Both the position numbers and the translations under genes were made by a program. The notes beneath the pieces were generated by a model that was given only the letters and a program-made list of their open reading frames with translations, searched no databases and was not told the origin of the DNA. A stretch of DNA of 64,000 nucleotides from Erysipelotrichaceae bacterium (GTDB lineage: Bacteria > Bacillota_I > Bacilli_A > Erysipelotrichales > Erysipelotrichaceae). Below are positions 34,724-44,543 of the stretch, piece by piece (within the stretch, counting starts at the first letter, position 1; every line of letters begins with the position of its first letter). The stretch spans positions 6,342 through 70,341 of the forward strand of contig JAFRLM010000010.1 of the NCBI GenBank assembly GCA_017431225.1, in the 5' to 3' direction.

Positions 34724-36166
34724 TCACGCTTTTTTGTAAGTCTGCGGAGCCAGCAGGATCAAGATCGGGAAAAGTTCCAGACGTCCGGCCAGCATATCAA
34801 ACATCAGGACTGCCTTGCTGAAATAGGAAAGACCGCCGTAGTTGCAGGCTGGTCCGACCGCGCCGAGGCCGGGTCCGATATTGTTCAGAGTCGCCGCGAC
34901 TGAAGTGAAGGCTGTCACGAGATCGACATTATCCAGTGTTACCAGCATGACGGAAATGATAAAGACGACAACGAACGTCAGTATGAAAGCGCCGACCGAA
35001 CGCAGTGTCTCGGTATCGACGACTTTACCGTCCATGCGCAGATTACGGACCTGATTCGGGCGGATGAAACGCAGCACTTCGAGCTTGATCATTCTGGCGA
35101 CCAGAATGACACGGGAGACTTTTACGCCGCCGCCGGTCGAACCGGCACAGGCGCCGATAAACATCAGAAGCACCAGGATCGCTTTCGAGAACGTCGGCCA
35201 GAGATCAAAATTGGTCGTCGCGTAACCGGTCGTGGTGATGATCGAGGCGACCTGGAAAGCAGCCTGCTGGAAAGAGCTCAGGAAACTGCCGAAATAGGAA
35301 CGCACGTTGAAAGCGATGAGCAGTGTGGAAGCCAGTACGATCACGAAATACCAGCGGACTTCATCGATCTTAAAAGCTTCTTTACGGGTCTTGGCGCGCA
35401 GCAGATAGTAGTAGGCGTTAAAGTTCACACCGAAGCCGAGGATGAAGACAGTGATGATGACCTGCAGGAGCACGGAATAGGAAGCCATGGAATCGTTCTT
35501 GATACCGTAGCCGCCGGTACCGGCAGAACCGAAAGCCGTACAGATCGAATCGTATAACGGCATGCCTGCCAGAAACAGGATCACGATCTCGGCGATCGTC
35601 ATCACGAGATAGATACGGTAAAGCGTCTGCGCTGTCTCACGGATCTTGGGAACGAGTTTGCCGACCTGCGGTCCCGGGCTCTCCGCTTTCATCAGATGCA
35701 TATTGTAGCCGCCGTTGCTGGGGAAGACCGCCAGCATGAAGACGATGATGCCCATACCGCCGATCCAGTGTGTCAGACAGCGCCATAGATTGGCAGCATA
35801 GCTCATATCCTCCGGTGCCGGCAGGATACTGGCTCCGGTCGTTGTGAAACCGGAGATCGTCTCAAACAGCGCGTCCATGAAATGCGGGATCTCCCGCGTG
35901 ATCACGAAAGGAAGCGCTCCGAGGATACTCATCAGGATCCAGGCCAGGCCGACGGAGACAAATCCTTCTTTGGCGTAATAGATGGAAGTCGTGTCCTTGC
36001 GTAAAGAAAGCAGCCGGCCCAGTAAATAGGTCAGTGCTGCTGTAAAAAGATATGCGATCGCCTGCTTTTCACCATACAGCATGCCGGTCAGGCATGGCAG
36101 CAGCAAAAGCAGCGCCTCGATCCGCAGGACATTTCCGAGGAAGGTACCGATGATCCGGTAATTCAT
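34724..36166 (-). CDS. trkH: TrkH/KtrB family potassium uptake membrane subunit
   Basis: 480 aa polytopic protein. Repeated pore-loop GTGG/TTGY-type segments (SGFTTTGAS, GSAGTGGYG, ITTTGYAT, GSTGGGVK). Overlaps the trkA stop. Confidence 0.9.
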   Translation of the reverse strand: MNYRIIGTFLGNVLRIEALLLLLPCLTGMLYGEKQAIAYLFTAALTYLLGRLLSLRKDTTSIYYAKEGFVSVGLAWILMSILGALPFVITREIPHFMDALFETISGFTTTGASILPAPEDMSYAANLWRCLTHWIGGMGIIVFMLAVFPSNGGYNMHLMKAESPGPQVGKLVPKIRETAQTLYRIYLVMTIAEIVILFLAGMPLYDSICTAFGSAGTGGYGIKNDSMASYSVLLQVIITVFILGFGVNFNAYYYLLRAKTRKEAFKIDEVRWYFVIVLASTLLIAFNVRSYFGSFLSSFQQAAFQVASIITTTGYATTNFDLWPTFSKAILVLLMFIGACAGSTGGGVKVSRVILVARMIKLEVLRFIRPNQVRNLRMDGKVVDTETLRSVGAFILTFVVVFIISVMLVTLDNVDLVTAFTSVAATLNNIGPGLGAVGPACNYGGLSYFSKAVLMFDMLAGRLELFPILILLAPQTYKKA

Positions 36167-37536
36167 GCGGCCTTGCCCTCTTTTTCAAGAATATCGCTGA
36201 TATCGTTGATACCGAGCTTGGAAGTGACGACGACGATCGTGTCCCCCGGACGGATCACGCTCTGACCATTGGGGATGATGACCTCGTTTTCACGGCGGAT
36301 ACAGACGATCAGCGCGTTGTGAATGATCTTCAGCTTCTGAAGCGGAATATCGATGATCGATGATTCAGTCCCGATATTGAAACTGCAGGCTTCGACCTTC
36401 CCTTCGATCAGCTCATGCAGAGTCTCGATCTGGGAATTGCCCTGGGCGTTGCTCATGGCGCGGACATAACGGACGATATGATCCGCGGTGATCTTCTTCG
36501 GGTAGATCATACTGCCGAGATGCAGCTGGTTGATAACATCGGTAAAGGAGATACGGTCGATCTTGGTGACGACCTTGGCATGCGAGACCTTCCGTGCGAA
36601 CATCGAGAGGAAGATATTCTCCTCATCGATACCCGTCAGCGAAACGAAAGCGTCCGCATCCGCGATCCCCTCTTCACGCAGAACGAGCTCATCGGTACCG
36701 TCTCCGTGGATCACGGTGACTTCCGGAAGCTGTTCGCAGAGTTCACAGCAGCGCTCGTAATCCTGTTCGATGATCTTCAGGCCAATGCCTTTTTCCGAGA
36801 GCTCCTGGCAGAGATAAACACCGATCTTGCCGCCGCCGACGATCAGGACGTTCTTGACGTGTTTGACATCGATCCCGATACGGCGGAAGAAATCACGGGC
36901 TCCGGCGGAAGAGGATGCGATCGAGATCTTGTCTCCCGCTTCCAGAATAAAGGAACCGTTCGGGATGACGACTTCATCCCCTCTTTCCACGCAGCAGATC
37001 AGGACGTTGTCCTGGATACTGCCGACATCGATCAGGGAGTGTCCGGCCAGCGGCGAGTTCGGGGGAATGATGAATTTGAGCAGTTCGACCTCATCACGGG
37101 CGAACGTATCGATCTGCACGGCAGCGGGGAAACGGAGCAGACGGGCGATCTCTACAGCCGCCGCCTTTTCCGGGTTGACGGTCATGGAAAGACCGAGCTC
37201 CTCGGCGATAAAATCGATGTCTTCGTTCAGTTCCGGGTCGCGCACACGGGCGATCGTAGAACAGTTACCGGCTTTTTTCGCGATCAGGCAGGTCAGAAGA
37301 TTCTGCTCGTCCGAGTCCGTGACCGCAATCAAAAGGTCGGTATCCTCGATACCGGCATCTTTCAGGACTCTGAAATTCGTGCCATTGCCAACGATGCCCA
37401 TGACGTCATAAGCCGTTGTAATGGAATCAATCTTTTTGGAATTGATATCAACTACTACGATATCGTGCCCTTCGTCGCTCAACTGCTCGACGATCGTGGC
37501 TCCGACTTTACCGCAGCCGACAATGATGATACGCAT
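36163..37536 (-). CDS. trkA: TrkA potassium uptake regulatory subunit (tandem RCK N/C domains)
   Basis: MRIIIVGCGKVGATI and a second LIVGGGKIGVYL Rossmann motif. 457 aa. Confidence 0.9.
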   Translation of the reverse strand: MRIIIVGCGKVGATIVEQLSDEGHDIVVVDINSKKIDSITTAYDVMGIVGNGTNFRVLKDAGIEDTDLLIAVTDSDEQNLLTCLIAKKAGNCSTIARVRDPELNEDIDFIAEELGLSMTVNPEKAAAVEIARLLRFPAAVQIDTFARDEVELLKFIIPPNSPLAGHSLIDVGSIQDNVLICCVERGDEVVIPNGSFILEAGDKISIASSSAGARDFFRRIGIDVKHVKNVLIVGGGKIGVYLCQELSEKGIGLKIIEQDYERCCELCEQLPEVTVIHGDGTDELVLREEGIADADAFVSLTGIDEENIFLSMFARKVSHAKVVTKIDRISFTDVINQLHLGSMIYPKKITADHIVRYVRAMSNAQGNSQIETLHELIEGKVEACSFNIGTESSIIDIPLQKLKIIHNALIVCIRRENEVIIPNGQSVIRPGDTIVVVTSKLGINDISDILEKEGKAA

Positions 37537-37561
37537 ATAACCCCCAATTTAGAATAGAAAC

Positions 37562-38602
37562 TCAGGAACGATGTTCCGGAAGATAAGCAAGCAGCTTGTC
37601 GACGTTTTCTTCTTTCGTCGCCCAGCTCGTTACAAAACGGCAGACAGTGCGTTTTTCATCAAGCTTTTCCCAGAAGCTGAAACGGAATTCTTTTCCGATA
37701 TACTCCGCTTCTTCCTCGCTGAAGATGAAGAACTGCTGATTGGTCGGTGAATCGATATAGAATTCATACCCCTTCGCCGCGAAGCCCGCTTTCAGCTTAT
37801 CCGCGAGGCGGATCGCATGGGAAGCGATATCGAAGTAAAGATTGTCGGTAAACAGTGTTTCAAACTGCTGGCTGAGCAGTCTGCCCTTGGCGATCATCGC
37901 GCCGTGCTGTTTGACTCTGGTCGCGAAGTGCGCCGGCATGAAGCCTTTCTTAAAGACGACTGCCTCGCCGCAGAGAGCGCCGACCTTTGTGCCGCCGATA
38001 TAGAACACATCGACGAGTTCAACGAATTCTTTGAACGTTAGGTCGCATTTGCTGCTCATCAGGCCGTAACCCAGACGGGCGCCGTCAACATAGACCGGGA
38101 GCTTGAATTCATCCGCAACGGCGCGGATATCCTGCAGCTCCTTCTTTGTGTAGATCGTGCCCAGTTCGGTCGGGAACGTCAGGAAGATCAGTCCCGGGAA
38201 GACCATATGCTCATGGTTCTGGTCATCATAGAAACCCTTGACCAGCGCTCTGAGCTCCGTCGCGTCCATCTTGCCGTCGTGGGAAGGAACGGTCAGGATC
38301 TTATGACCGGTGAATTCCACGGCTCCCGCTTCATGAACAGCGATATGGCCAGTTTCCGGAGCGACAACACCTTCATATGGCTGCAGCATCGTATCGATCA
38401 CGACCTGGTTGGTCTGTGTGCCGCCGATCAGATAATAGACATCGGCATCCTGACAGCCGCTGGCTTCACGGATCAGTTCCGTCGCGTGGACGGTGAACTT
38501 GTCAAATCCGTAGCCGGGCACCTGGTCGTAGTTGTGTTTCTCGAAACTTTCGAGGATCGAAGGATGCGCGCCTTCGATGTAGTCACTTTCAAAACTGATC
38601 AT
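37562..38602 (-). CDS. PLP-dependent low-specificity threonine aldolase / beta-eliminating lyase family protein
   Basis: MISFESDYIEGAHPSILE...GGTQTNQVV...YIGGTKVGA (PLP Lys context). Confidence 0.75.
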   Translation of the reverse strand: MISFESDYIEGAHPSILESFEKHNYDQVPGYGFDKFTVHATELIREASGCQDADVYYLIGGTQTNQVVIDTMLQPYEGVVAPETGHIAVHEAGAVEFTGHKILTVPSHDGKMDATELRALVKGFYDDQNHEHMVFPGLIFLTFPTELGTIYTKKELQDIRAVADEFKLPVYVDGARLGYGLMSSKCDLTFKEFVELVDVFYIGGTKVGALCGEAVVFKKGFMPAHFATRVKQHGAMIAKGRLLSQQFETLFTDNLYFDIASHAIRLADKLKAGFAAKGYEFYIDSPTNQQFFIFSEEEAEYIGKEFRFSFWEKLDEKRTVCRFVTSWATKEENVDKLLAYLPEHRS

Positions 38603-38605
38603 ATT

Positions 38606-39052
38606 CTAAATCTCCTTGTTTTGCATAAACTGATGCAGCATTTCGTAAAGGATCCGGTAAAGATCCGCGGCGTCCTTTTGCGGGAGATCGATACAGCTGG
38701 CAACAGAAAACGGGACATCTAGTGCTTTTTCCTGCAGAAGACGGCCCTTTTCCGTAATCTTCAGTGTGATCTTGCGCAGGTCATCTTCGGCCTGTGTCTT
38801 TTCCAGATAACCCTTCGCGATCATCTTCTTGATCAGAGGTGTAAGTGTCCCTGAATCAAGGAAGAGTTTATCTCCCAGTTCTTTGGCACCGATCGTGCCG
38901 TGTTCCCAGAGGACCATCATGACCAGATACTGCGTATAGGTGAGATCGAGCTCCTTCAGAAGCGGATTGTAGCGACGGATCACTTCCTTGGAAGCGACGT
39001 AGAGCGGAAAGCACAACTGGTTTTCCAGTTTCAATGCATCTTTTCTGTTCAT
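38606..39052 (-). CDS. MarR family regulator, OhrR-like
   Basis: Start at MNRKDALKLENQLCFPLY (OhrR-type sensing Cys context). Winged helix LTYTQYLVMMVLWEHG...GAKELGDKLFLDSGTLTPLIKKM. Confidence 0.85.
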   Translation of the reverse strand: MNRKDALKLENQLCFPLYVASKEVIRRYNPLLKELDLTYTQYLVMMVLWEHGTIGAKELGDKLFLDSGTLTPLIKKMIAKGYLEKTQAEDDLRKITLKITEKGRLLQEKALDVPFSVASCIDLPQKDAADLYRILYEMLHQFMQNKEI

Positions 39053-39053
39053 A

Positions 39054-39446
39054 TCACAACTCGATAACGACCGGACTTTCGGTAAAGGAACTGATAACTG
39101 CTTTTCCGGATTTAAAGCGGAACACCGCCGTGTTTCCATCTCCGGGCTTATACATATTTCCTAGGTCCGGGTAATTGTCGAGCATATGGACCTGCGCTTC
39201 CAAACGTTCGTCCAGTTCAACTTCACCGCTGACACGGATCCATTTTCCATCCTTGAACGCGCAGATCTCAACTTTTGGATTTTTCAGCATTTGCTTGGCA
39301 ACATCTTTCACAAGACCGGTTTGGATCGCAAGATGGCCATCGTAGAAATCGATCGTTCCAAAAGGTCGCACGCGCGGCTGATCGCCTTCCGTCGTAGCCA
39401 GATAATATGTTCCGGCGGATTTTAAGAATTCAAAAACGTCGTTCAT
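39054..39446 (-). CDS. Pyridoxamine 5'-phosphate oxidase family (FMN-binding split-barrel) protein
   Basis: Start at MNDVFEFLKSAGTYYLATTEGDQPRVRPFG, preceded by an AGAGGTG SD. Confidence 0.8.
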   Translation of the reverse strand: MNDVFEFLKSAGTYYLATTEGDQPRVRPFGTIDFYDGHLAIQTGLVKDVAKQMLKNPKVEICAFKDGKWIRVSGEVELDERLEAQVHMLDNYPDLGNMYKPGDGNTAVFRFKSGKAVISSFTESPVVIEL

Positions 39447-39539
39447 ATTAACACCTCTTTTCTTATTTATATTGTAAGCAAACCCATTATAAGGGTCAAT
39501 CAAGAAGAACTAAAGCCATTCCGGTGATAATATGAAACT

Positions 39540-40169
39540 ATGAAAAGGCTCGGAAATGTGATCACTTTATGGGGGATCCTTCTGCTTTGCAGCGAGATAT
39601 ATAAACAGATCGTGCTGTTCAAAGCATACGGGAGTTATGTCTTCTGGTATTTCCCCTGGCAGCTTTGTTCCCTGCCAATGTATCTCGCTTCGGCCCTTCT
39701 TTTTCTTAAGAGCGAAAGCGCAAGAGATACCGTCTTCGCCTTTTTGAGCAGCTTCGGTCTTTTAGGCGGGATCGCTGTTTTCTTCGATCCCAGCGGCCTG
39801 CATTATTTCCGCGCGGACCTGACCGCCCTATCCTATCTCTGGCATATCTCGATGATCGTTTTCGGGCTGCTTTCCTATTTCTGTGTCCGCAACAAAAATA
39901 CAGGCTTCCGCAATGCCTGTATTCTGTATTTATGCTGCTGCGCCGCGGCGCTTTTGCTGAATCTTCTTCTGAACAGCCGCGGCGAGATCAATCTGTTTTA
40001 TATCAGTCCGCTGCAGCCGATGCCGCAGATCTTCTTCCGCGATCTCGTTCCGGTTCTCGGCAATCATACGGTGATCGCGCTTTATATCCTGCTGACTGTT
40101 GCCGGCGCGTATCTTCTTTTCCGGGCGATCGGCTGGTTAGAGAATAAAATTCACGATCACAAGATATAA
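39540..40169 (+). CDS. Uncharacterised polytopic membrane protein (possibly YwaF/TIGR02206-like)
   Basis: 209 aa, about 6 TM segments. The family assignment is tentative. Confidence 0.55.
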   Translation: MKRLGNVITLWGILLLCSEIYKQIVLFKAYGSYVFWYFPWQLCSLPMYLASALLFLKSESARDTVFAFLSSFGLLGGIAVFFDPSGLHYFRADLTALSYLWHISMIVFGLLSYFCVRNKNTGFRNACILYLCCCAAALLLNLLLNSRGEINLFYISPLQPMPQIFFRDLVPVLGNHTVIALYILLTVAGAYLLFRAIGWLENKIHDHKI

Positions 40170-40457
40170 GAGCGTACCGCCGAAGATACTGATCAGGTTG
40201 TTTTTCGTGAGACGGTAGCTGATGACTGTAAAGGCACAGCCGATTAGCTCAGGGATACCGAAAGGCATCACCGTCCAGGCAACATCCTTCAGACAATAGA
40301 TCACGAGCATTCCCATCGCTGCCGCCGGCAGCGTTTTTCCTAAACGGACAAGGGACAGCGGGATCGGACGGTCACCGGAAAAGATGAGGAACGGCAGGAA
40401 ACGCAGAAGCTCGGTAGCCAGCGTCATCGCCAGGATGATCTTCAATGCATAGCTCAT
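40137..40457 (-). CDS. azlD: AzlD branched-chain amino acid transport protein
   Basis: 106 aa hydrophobic protein overlapping the upstream azlC stop by 4 nt. Typical AzlCD pairing. Confidence 0.8.
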   Translation of the reverse strand: MSYALKIILAMTLATELLRFLPFLIFSGDRPIPLSLVRLGKTLPAAAMGMLVIYCLKDVAWTVMPFGIPELIGCAFTVISYRLTKNNLISIFGGTLLYLVIVNFIL

Positions 40458-41143
40458 TTCGTATCCCCCTTACGGTAGAACGCGCAGAAGACAGAGAGCA
40501 CCAGCATCGCCGGCACCAGGAATCTGTCGCGTCCCAGAACGATCAGAAAGAGCACCGGGATGATCAGACCGGAAAGTGCCGGCAGATGATCCTCAGCTTT
40601 CATCCACTGATCGGTAAAGATCGTGACGAATAACGCGGTCATGACGAAATCGATGCCTTTGATCTCGAAGGAGATCAGGGATCCAAGCAGAACGCCGAGC
40701 ATCGTTGAAAAGATCCAGTAAAGATGATCATAGAGCGAAACGGCCAGCCAGTAATCCTCTTTCTCGACCCCCGGCGGACAGTCGTTCTCACAGATCAGGG
40801 CATATGCCTCATCCACGATCGAATGGATCAGATATGGTTTCCGTTTCCCGGTATTGCGGTAGCGCTCGACCAGGGAAAGCGAATAGAAGAGATAACGGGC
40901 ATTGACCATCAGAGTCGTAAGGAAAGCAGATGCCATGCTGACATGCGCACTCAGAAGACCGATCGCCGCGTACTGCATGGAACCGCTGTAGATCAGAACG
41001 GACATCAGGAAGCATTCAAAAAGACCGTACCCGATCTGTTTGAGCAGAATGCCGAAGCCGATCCCGAGAAAGAAATAGCCGGTCAGTACGGGAGATGTCT
41101 TTTTAAATGTATGTCCGCGGAGCTTTTCGGAGAACGGACTCAT
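40454..41143 (-). CDS. azlC: AzlC family branched-chain amino acid exporter subunit
   Basis: Start at MSPFSEKLRGHTFKKTSPVLTGYFFLGIGFG (ATGA overlap with the upstream stop). The longer ORF-track N-terminus is rejected. Confidence 0.8.
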   Translation of the reverse strand: MSPFSEKLRGHTFKKTSPVLTGYFFLGIGFGILLKQIGYGLFECFLMSVLIYSGSMQYAAIGLLSAHVSMASAFLTTLMVNARYLFYSLSLVERYRNTGKRKPYLIHSIVDEAYALICENDCPPGVEKEDYWLAVSLYDHLYWIFSTMLGVLLGSLISFEIKGIDFVMTALFVTIFTDQWMKAEDHLPALSGLIIPVLFLIVLGRDRFLVPAMLVLSVFCAFYRKGDTK

Positions 41144-41838
41144 CGACGGCACCAACGGAGGAAATCCTCCATCAGAGCCTTGCTGAAGGGCTCGTCCTTG
41201 TCCATTCTTTCCGGATGCCACTGCACCGCCTTGATCCAGGGACTGGAGACAGATTCGATCGCCTCGACGATCCCGTCCGGGCTTAAAATGCCGGCACGGA
41301 AACCTGGAGCGATCTTCTTGGCGGCCTGATGATGAAAGCTGTTGACCATAAAGGGTTCTTTCCCCAGGATCGAAGCGAAATATGTTCCCTCGACCGTCTG
41401 CACACTGTGCGCGTATTTCACTGTTCTGTCTTCCTGCGGGTGAGCGATCCCGGTATCGACCTCACTGGCGATATCCTGGATCAATGTTCCTCCGGCAGCG
41501 ACATTGAGCAGCTGCAGGCCGCGGCAGATACCGAATACCGGCTTGCCGGCACGCAGACATTCTTTTGCCAGAAGCAGTTCAAAATCATCACGGATCTTGG
41601 CAGATTCCTGGCATTCCGGTTTTCTTTCCTCACCGTAGCAGCTCGGATCAACGTCCTGACCGCCTGTGAAAATAAAGCCGTCATATTCCCTGACCATCGC
41701 AGCGATGGCTTCCGGGTCATATACCGGTTCGAGACAATAGGATTCTCCGCCATACATGGTCACATAATCAAGATATGCCTGACGGATCTTTTCTTCTCCG
41801 GACTCGCCGAGTTCAGAAGGTGTGCAACCGATCTTCAT
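41140..41838 (-). CDS. Gamma-glutamyl-gamma-aminobutyrate hydrolase family (peptidase C26, class I glutamine amidotransferase)
   Basis: GICRGLQLLNVAAGG nucleophile Cys and VQWHPE. Start at MKIGCTP after a GAGGTAAAAA SD. Confidence 0.85.
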   Translation of the reverse strand: MKIGCTPSELGESGEEKIRQAYLDYVTMYGGESYCLEPVYDPEAIAAMVREYDGFIFTGGQDVDPSCYGEERKPECQESAKIRDDFELLLAKECLRAGKPVFGICRGLQLLNVAAGGTLIQDIASEVDTGIAHPQEDRTVKYAHSVQTVEGTYFASILGKEPFMVNSFHHQAAKKIAPGFRAGILSPDGIVEAIESVSSPWIKAVQWHPERMDKDEPFSKALMEDFLRWCRR

Positions 41839-41876
41839 AGTTTTTACCTCTATGAAAAATATTCTAACTTTTACCA

Positions 41877-41905
41877 TTGCCAAAATCAATGAATTGAATT
41901 ACAAT
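41877..41905 (+). promoter_or_regulatory. Promoter of tRNA-Leu
   Basis: TTGCCA, 17 nt, TACAAT. The -10 element ends 10 nt before the tRNA 5' end. Confidence 0.6.
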
Positions 41906-41915
41906 AATTAAGCAT

Positions 41916-42000
41916 GCGGATGTGGCGGAACTGGTAGACGCGCATGATTCAGGTTCATGTGGGGCGACCTGTGCAGGTTCAAGTCCTGTCATCCGCACCA
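41916..42000 (+). tRNA. tRNA-Leu (anticodon CAG), class II with long variable arm, encoded CCA
   Basis: Acceptor GCGGATG/CATCCGC, anticodon stem CATGA/TCATG, loop TTCAGGT, T-loop TTCAAGT. Confidence 0.9.
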
Positions 42001-42007
42001 ATTGCAA

Positions 42008-42037
42008 AGAAAAAGAAGCTTAGTGCTTCTTTTTTTA
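42008..42037. terminator. Bidirectional terminator after tRNA-Leu and the 2-hydroxyacid dehydrogenase gene
   Basis: AAAAAAGAAGC-TTAGT-GCTTCTTTTTTT. Confidence 0.8.
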
Positions 42038-42059
42038 TTTTATCTTTTCGCGAGGACGA

Positions 42060-43019
42060 TCAGTACTGACGATCCTGATCGACGATATGTTCGAGAGTCT
42101 CCCCTTTCGCGTAATGACAGAGGTTCTCATAGAACATCTCCATATTTCGGTAACGGGTATATTCGAGCGTCGTCTGTCCGGAACAGTGCGGAGTAATGAT
42201 CAGATTCTTCGTTCCGTAAAGCGGGGAATCTTCCGGCAGCGGTTCTTTTTCAAAGACGTCGAGAGCAGCGCCTGCAAGTCTGCCGTTATCAAGGGCTTCC
42301 TTGATCGCGGCTTCATCGATCGCGGAACCGCGGCCGACATTGATCACGAAGGAAGTATCCGGTAAAAGCGCGATCCTTCTCGCATCCAGAAGATGGATCG
42401 TTTCCGGGGTCTCCGGTACAGCCATGAACAGAAGATCTGTTTCCGGCAGCAGGGAATCGATCTCTTCGATCTTGACACAGCGGTCAAAACCTTCGGCAGC
42501 GCGTCCGCTGCGGTTCACGCCGATCAGGCTGGCCGTTCCGAAAACACGCGCTCTTTTGGCGAAGTTCGAGCCGATATCACCGGTTCCGATGACCGTGATG
42601 CGGGAGCCGTAAATGCTCCGCTGTGGCAGAGAGTTGACCCATTTTCTTTCAGAAACGATCGTATTGTATTCCGGCATACGGCGCAGCAGCATCAGCGCGA
42701 CCATGATCATATGCTCGGAGATCGAAAGACCATACGCTCCGGCAGAGTTCGTAAGAACGAGGCCGTCGCGCAGTACGCCCGGCTTGAAATAGACATTGAC
42801 GCCTGCTGTTGAAGAGGAGAACCATTTCAGCTTCGGGGAATTGACGATCAGATCCGGACCGGCGCCGTGAATGATCGTCGCCTCGCCGAGATAGGGCTTC
42901 ATATCCTCTTTTTTGGTGAAAAAGCGGACGGAATAATCGTTTTCGCTGCAGAGTTTCTCGATCTTTTCTCTTGTCTCGTTGTTCAGGTTGTTGAACAATA
43001 CCAGAACATTTTCCTTCAT
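42060..43019 (-). CDS. D-isomer-specific 2-hydroxyacid dehydrogenase family, NAD-binding
   Basis: VIGTGDIGSNFA Rossmann motif, NVGRGSAID, TPHCSG catalytic His. Start at MKENVLVLF. Confidence 0.85.
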   Translation of the reverse strand: MKENVLVLFNNLNNETREKIEKLCSENDYSVRFFTKKEDMKPYLGEATIIHGAGPDLIVNSPKLKWFSSSTAGVNVYFKPGVLRDGLVLTNSAGAYGLSISEHMIMVALMLLRRMPEYNTIVSERKWVNSLPQRSIYGSRITVIGTGDIGSNFAKRARVFGTASLIGVNRSGRAAEGFDRCVKIEEIDSLLPETDLLFMAVPETPETIHLLDARRIALLPDTSFVINVGRGSAIDEAAIKEALDNGRLAGAALDVFEKEPLPEDSPLYGTKNLIITPHCSGQTTLEYTRYRNMEMFYENLCHYAKGETLEHIVDQDRQY

Positions 43020-43118
43020 GTTAATATACCTCACTTGTATTTATTATAATATACAGGACTTGCAAAAGCCTTTCTTAAGCTCTTATACTTTGTCTAGTAG
43101 AAAGTGAGAATTATTCGT

Positions 43119-43607
43119 ATGGCAAATCCAAAGATCCGTATCAAAATGAAAAACGGTGACGAAATGGTCGCCGAACTCTATCCGGAGATCGCGCCGGTCA
43201 CTGTTGAGAATTTCCTGAAACTCGTCAATAAAGGCTTCTATAACGGCCTTACCTTCCACCGCGTCATACCGGGCTTCATGATCCAGGGCGGATGCCCTTT
43301 AGGCACCGGCACCGGCGGACCTGGCTGGTCCATCAAAGGTGAATTCCGCGCCAACGGCTTCAACAACGACCTGAAGCACACGGCCGGTGTTCTTTCCATG
43401 GCAAGAGCCTATGACCCCGACTCCGCGGGAAGCCAGTTCTTCATCATGCACAAGGATGCGCCGCATCTTGACGGACAGTATGCCGCCTTCGGCAAACTCA
43501 TCAGCGGCCAGGAAGTCGTTGACCGCATCGCGATGGTCCGCACCGACTTCCGTGACAAACCGCTCGAACCCCAGGTCATCGAAAGCATGACCGTTGTCGA
43601 AGAATAA
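43119..43607 (+). CDS. ppiB: Cyclophilin-type peptidyl-prolyl cis-trans isomerase
   Basis: [13 protein letters not shown]...GTGGPGW...SMARA...GSQFFI motifs. Confidence 0.9.
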   Translation: MANPKIRIKMKNGDEMVAELYPEIAPVTVENFLKLVNKGFYNGLTFHRVIPGFMIQGGCPLGTGTGGPGWSIKGEFRANGFNNDLKHTAGVLSMARAYDPDSAGSQFFIMHKDAPHLDGQYAAFGKLISGQEVVDRIAMVRTDFRDKPLEPQVIESMTVVEE

Positions 43608-43613
43608 GAAACA

Positions 43614-43639
43614 AAGAGAAAGCGCGTCTTTCTCTTTTT
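43614..43639 (+). terminator. Terminator or attenuating hairpin after ppiB
   Basis: AAGAGAAAG-CGCGT-CTTTCTCTT followed by TTT. Confidence 0.6.
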
Positions 43640-43652
43640 GAAAGGAACAGTT

Positions 43653-44543
43653 ATGAAAAAGATCCCGATCATCATTGATACCGACCCCGGAATCGACGAT
43701 TTCTTCTGTCTGGCGCTGGGCCTGTCCTACAGCGACATCTTTGATCTGAAGGCCGTCACCACGATGGGCGGTAATAATTACACCGAGATCACCACCGCCA
43801 ACGCGATCGATATCGTTTCTCTCTTCAAAAAAGAGGTGCCGGTCGCCATGGGCGCGAAACGCTACCTCCGGGAAGGATTTGAGGAACCGGTCTGGCAGCA
43901 TCACGGACATAACGGCCTGGCGGACGCAGAGATCCCGCACTGCGAGAGATCCGCGGATCCCCTTCCGGCCTGGGATAAGATCGCGCAGGTCGCCAAAGAG
44001 TATCCGGGCGAGCTCGTCTTGGTCACGGTCGCTCCGCTGACCAATATCGCTCTGGCGATCGAAAAACATCCTGAACTCAAACAGGAGATCAGAAAGATCG
44101 TCATGATGGGCGGTTCGACTGAAGAAGGCAATATCACCCCCTACGCCGAAGCGAATATCGGACACGACGCCTGGGCGGCGGATATCGTATTCCGAAGCGG
44201 TATCCCGATCGACATGGTCGGGCTCAATGTCACCCTGAAGTGCCCTCTTCCGCGCGAAGTCTTTGACCCCATCAGCAAAGATCTTGATCCGCTGATCCGG
44301 CAGACGATGAAGACGATGATCGATTTCCGCAAAGGCGAACCGATGCATGACGCCGTGGCGATCGCCTCTTTGATCGACGAAGACGTTCTCGAATTCCTGC
44401 CGGCGGAAGTCACCGTCGAGACAGAGAACGAGGAAAGACGCGGACAGACAATCGTAAAAGAAAACTCCGGTGCGAACACCAGAGTTGCTGTTAAAGCGGA
44501 TCTTCCGCGTTATTACAAAGTAATTGAGGGAATGTGTCACTGA
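43653..44543 (+). CDS. Nucleoside hydrolase (inosine/uridine-preferring family)
   Basis: MKKIPIIIDTDPGIDDFFCL (DxDxxxDD Ca-binding motif). 296 aa. Confidence 0.9.
   Translation: MKKIPIIIDTDPGIDDFFCLALGLSYSDIFDLKAVTTMGGNNYTEITTANAIDIVSLFKKEVPVAMGAKRYLREGFEEPVWQHHGHNGLADAEIPHCERSADPLPAWDKIAQVAKEYPGELVLVTVAPLTNIALAIEKHPELKQEIRKIVMMGGSTEEGNITPYAEANIGHDAWAADIVFRSGIPIDMVGLNVTLKCPLPREVFDPISKDLDPLIRQTMKTMIDFRKGEPMHDAVAIASLIDEDVLEFLPAEVTVETENEERRGQTIVKENSGANTRVAVKADLPRYYKVIEGMCH

Noticed and set aside
36415-37557. 380-aa plus-strand ORF antisense to trkA. The same applies to 20399-21337, 43299-44540, 58900-59637 and 59915-60661, which are antisense to the activase, nucleoside hydrolase, tilS and ychF genes.
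   Set aside because: All are fully nested opposite strongly supported genes, are Asp/Arg/Ile/Phe-rich and lack motifs. They are interpreted as codon-bias artefacts, not overlapping genes.
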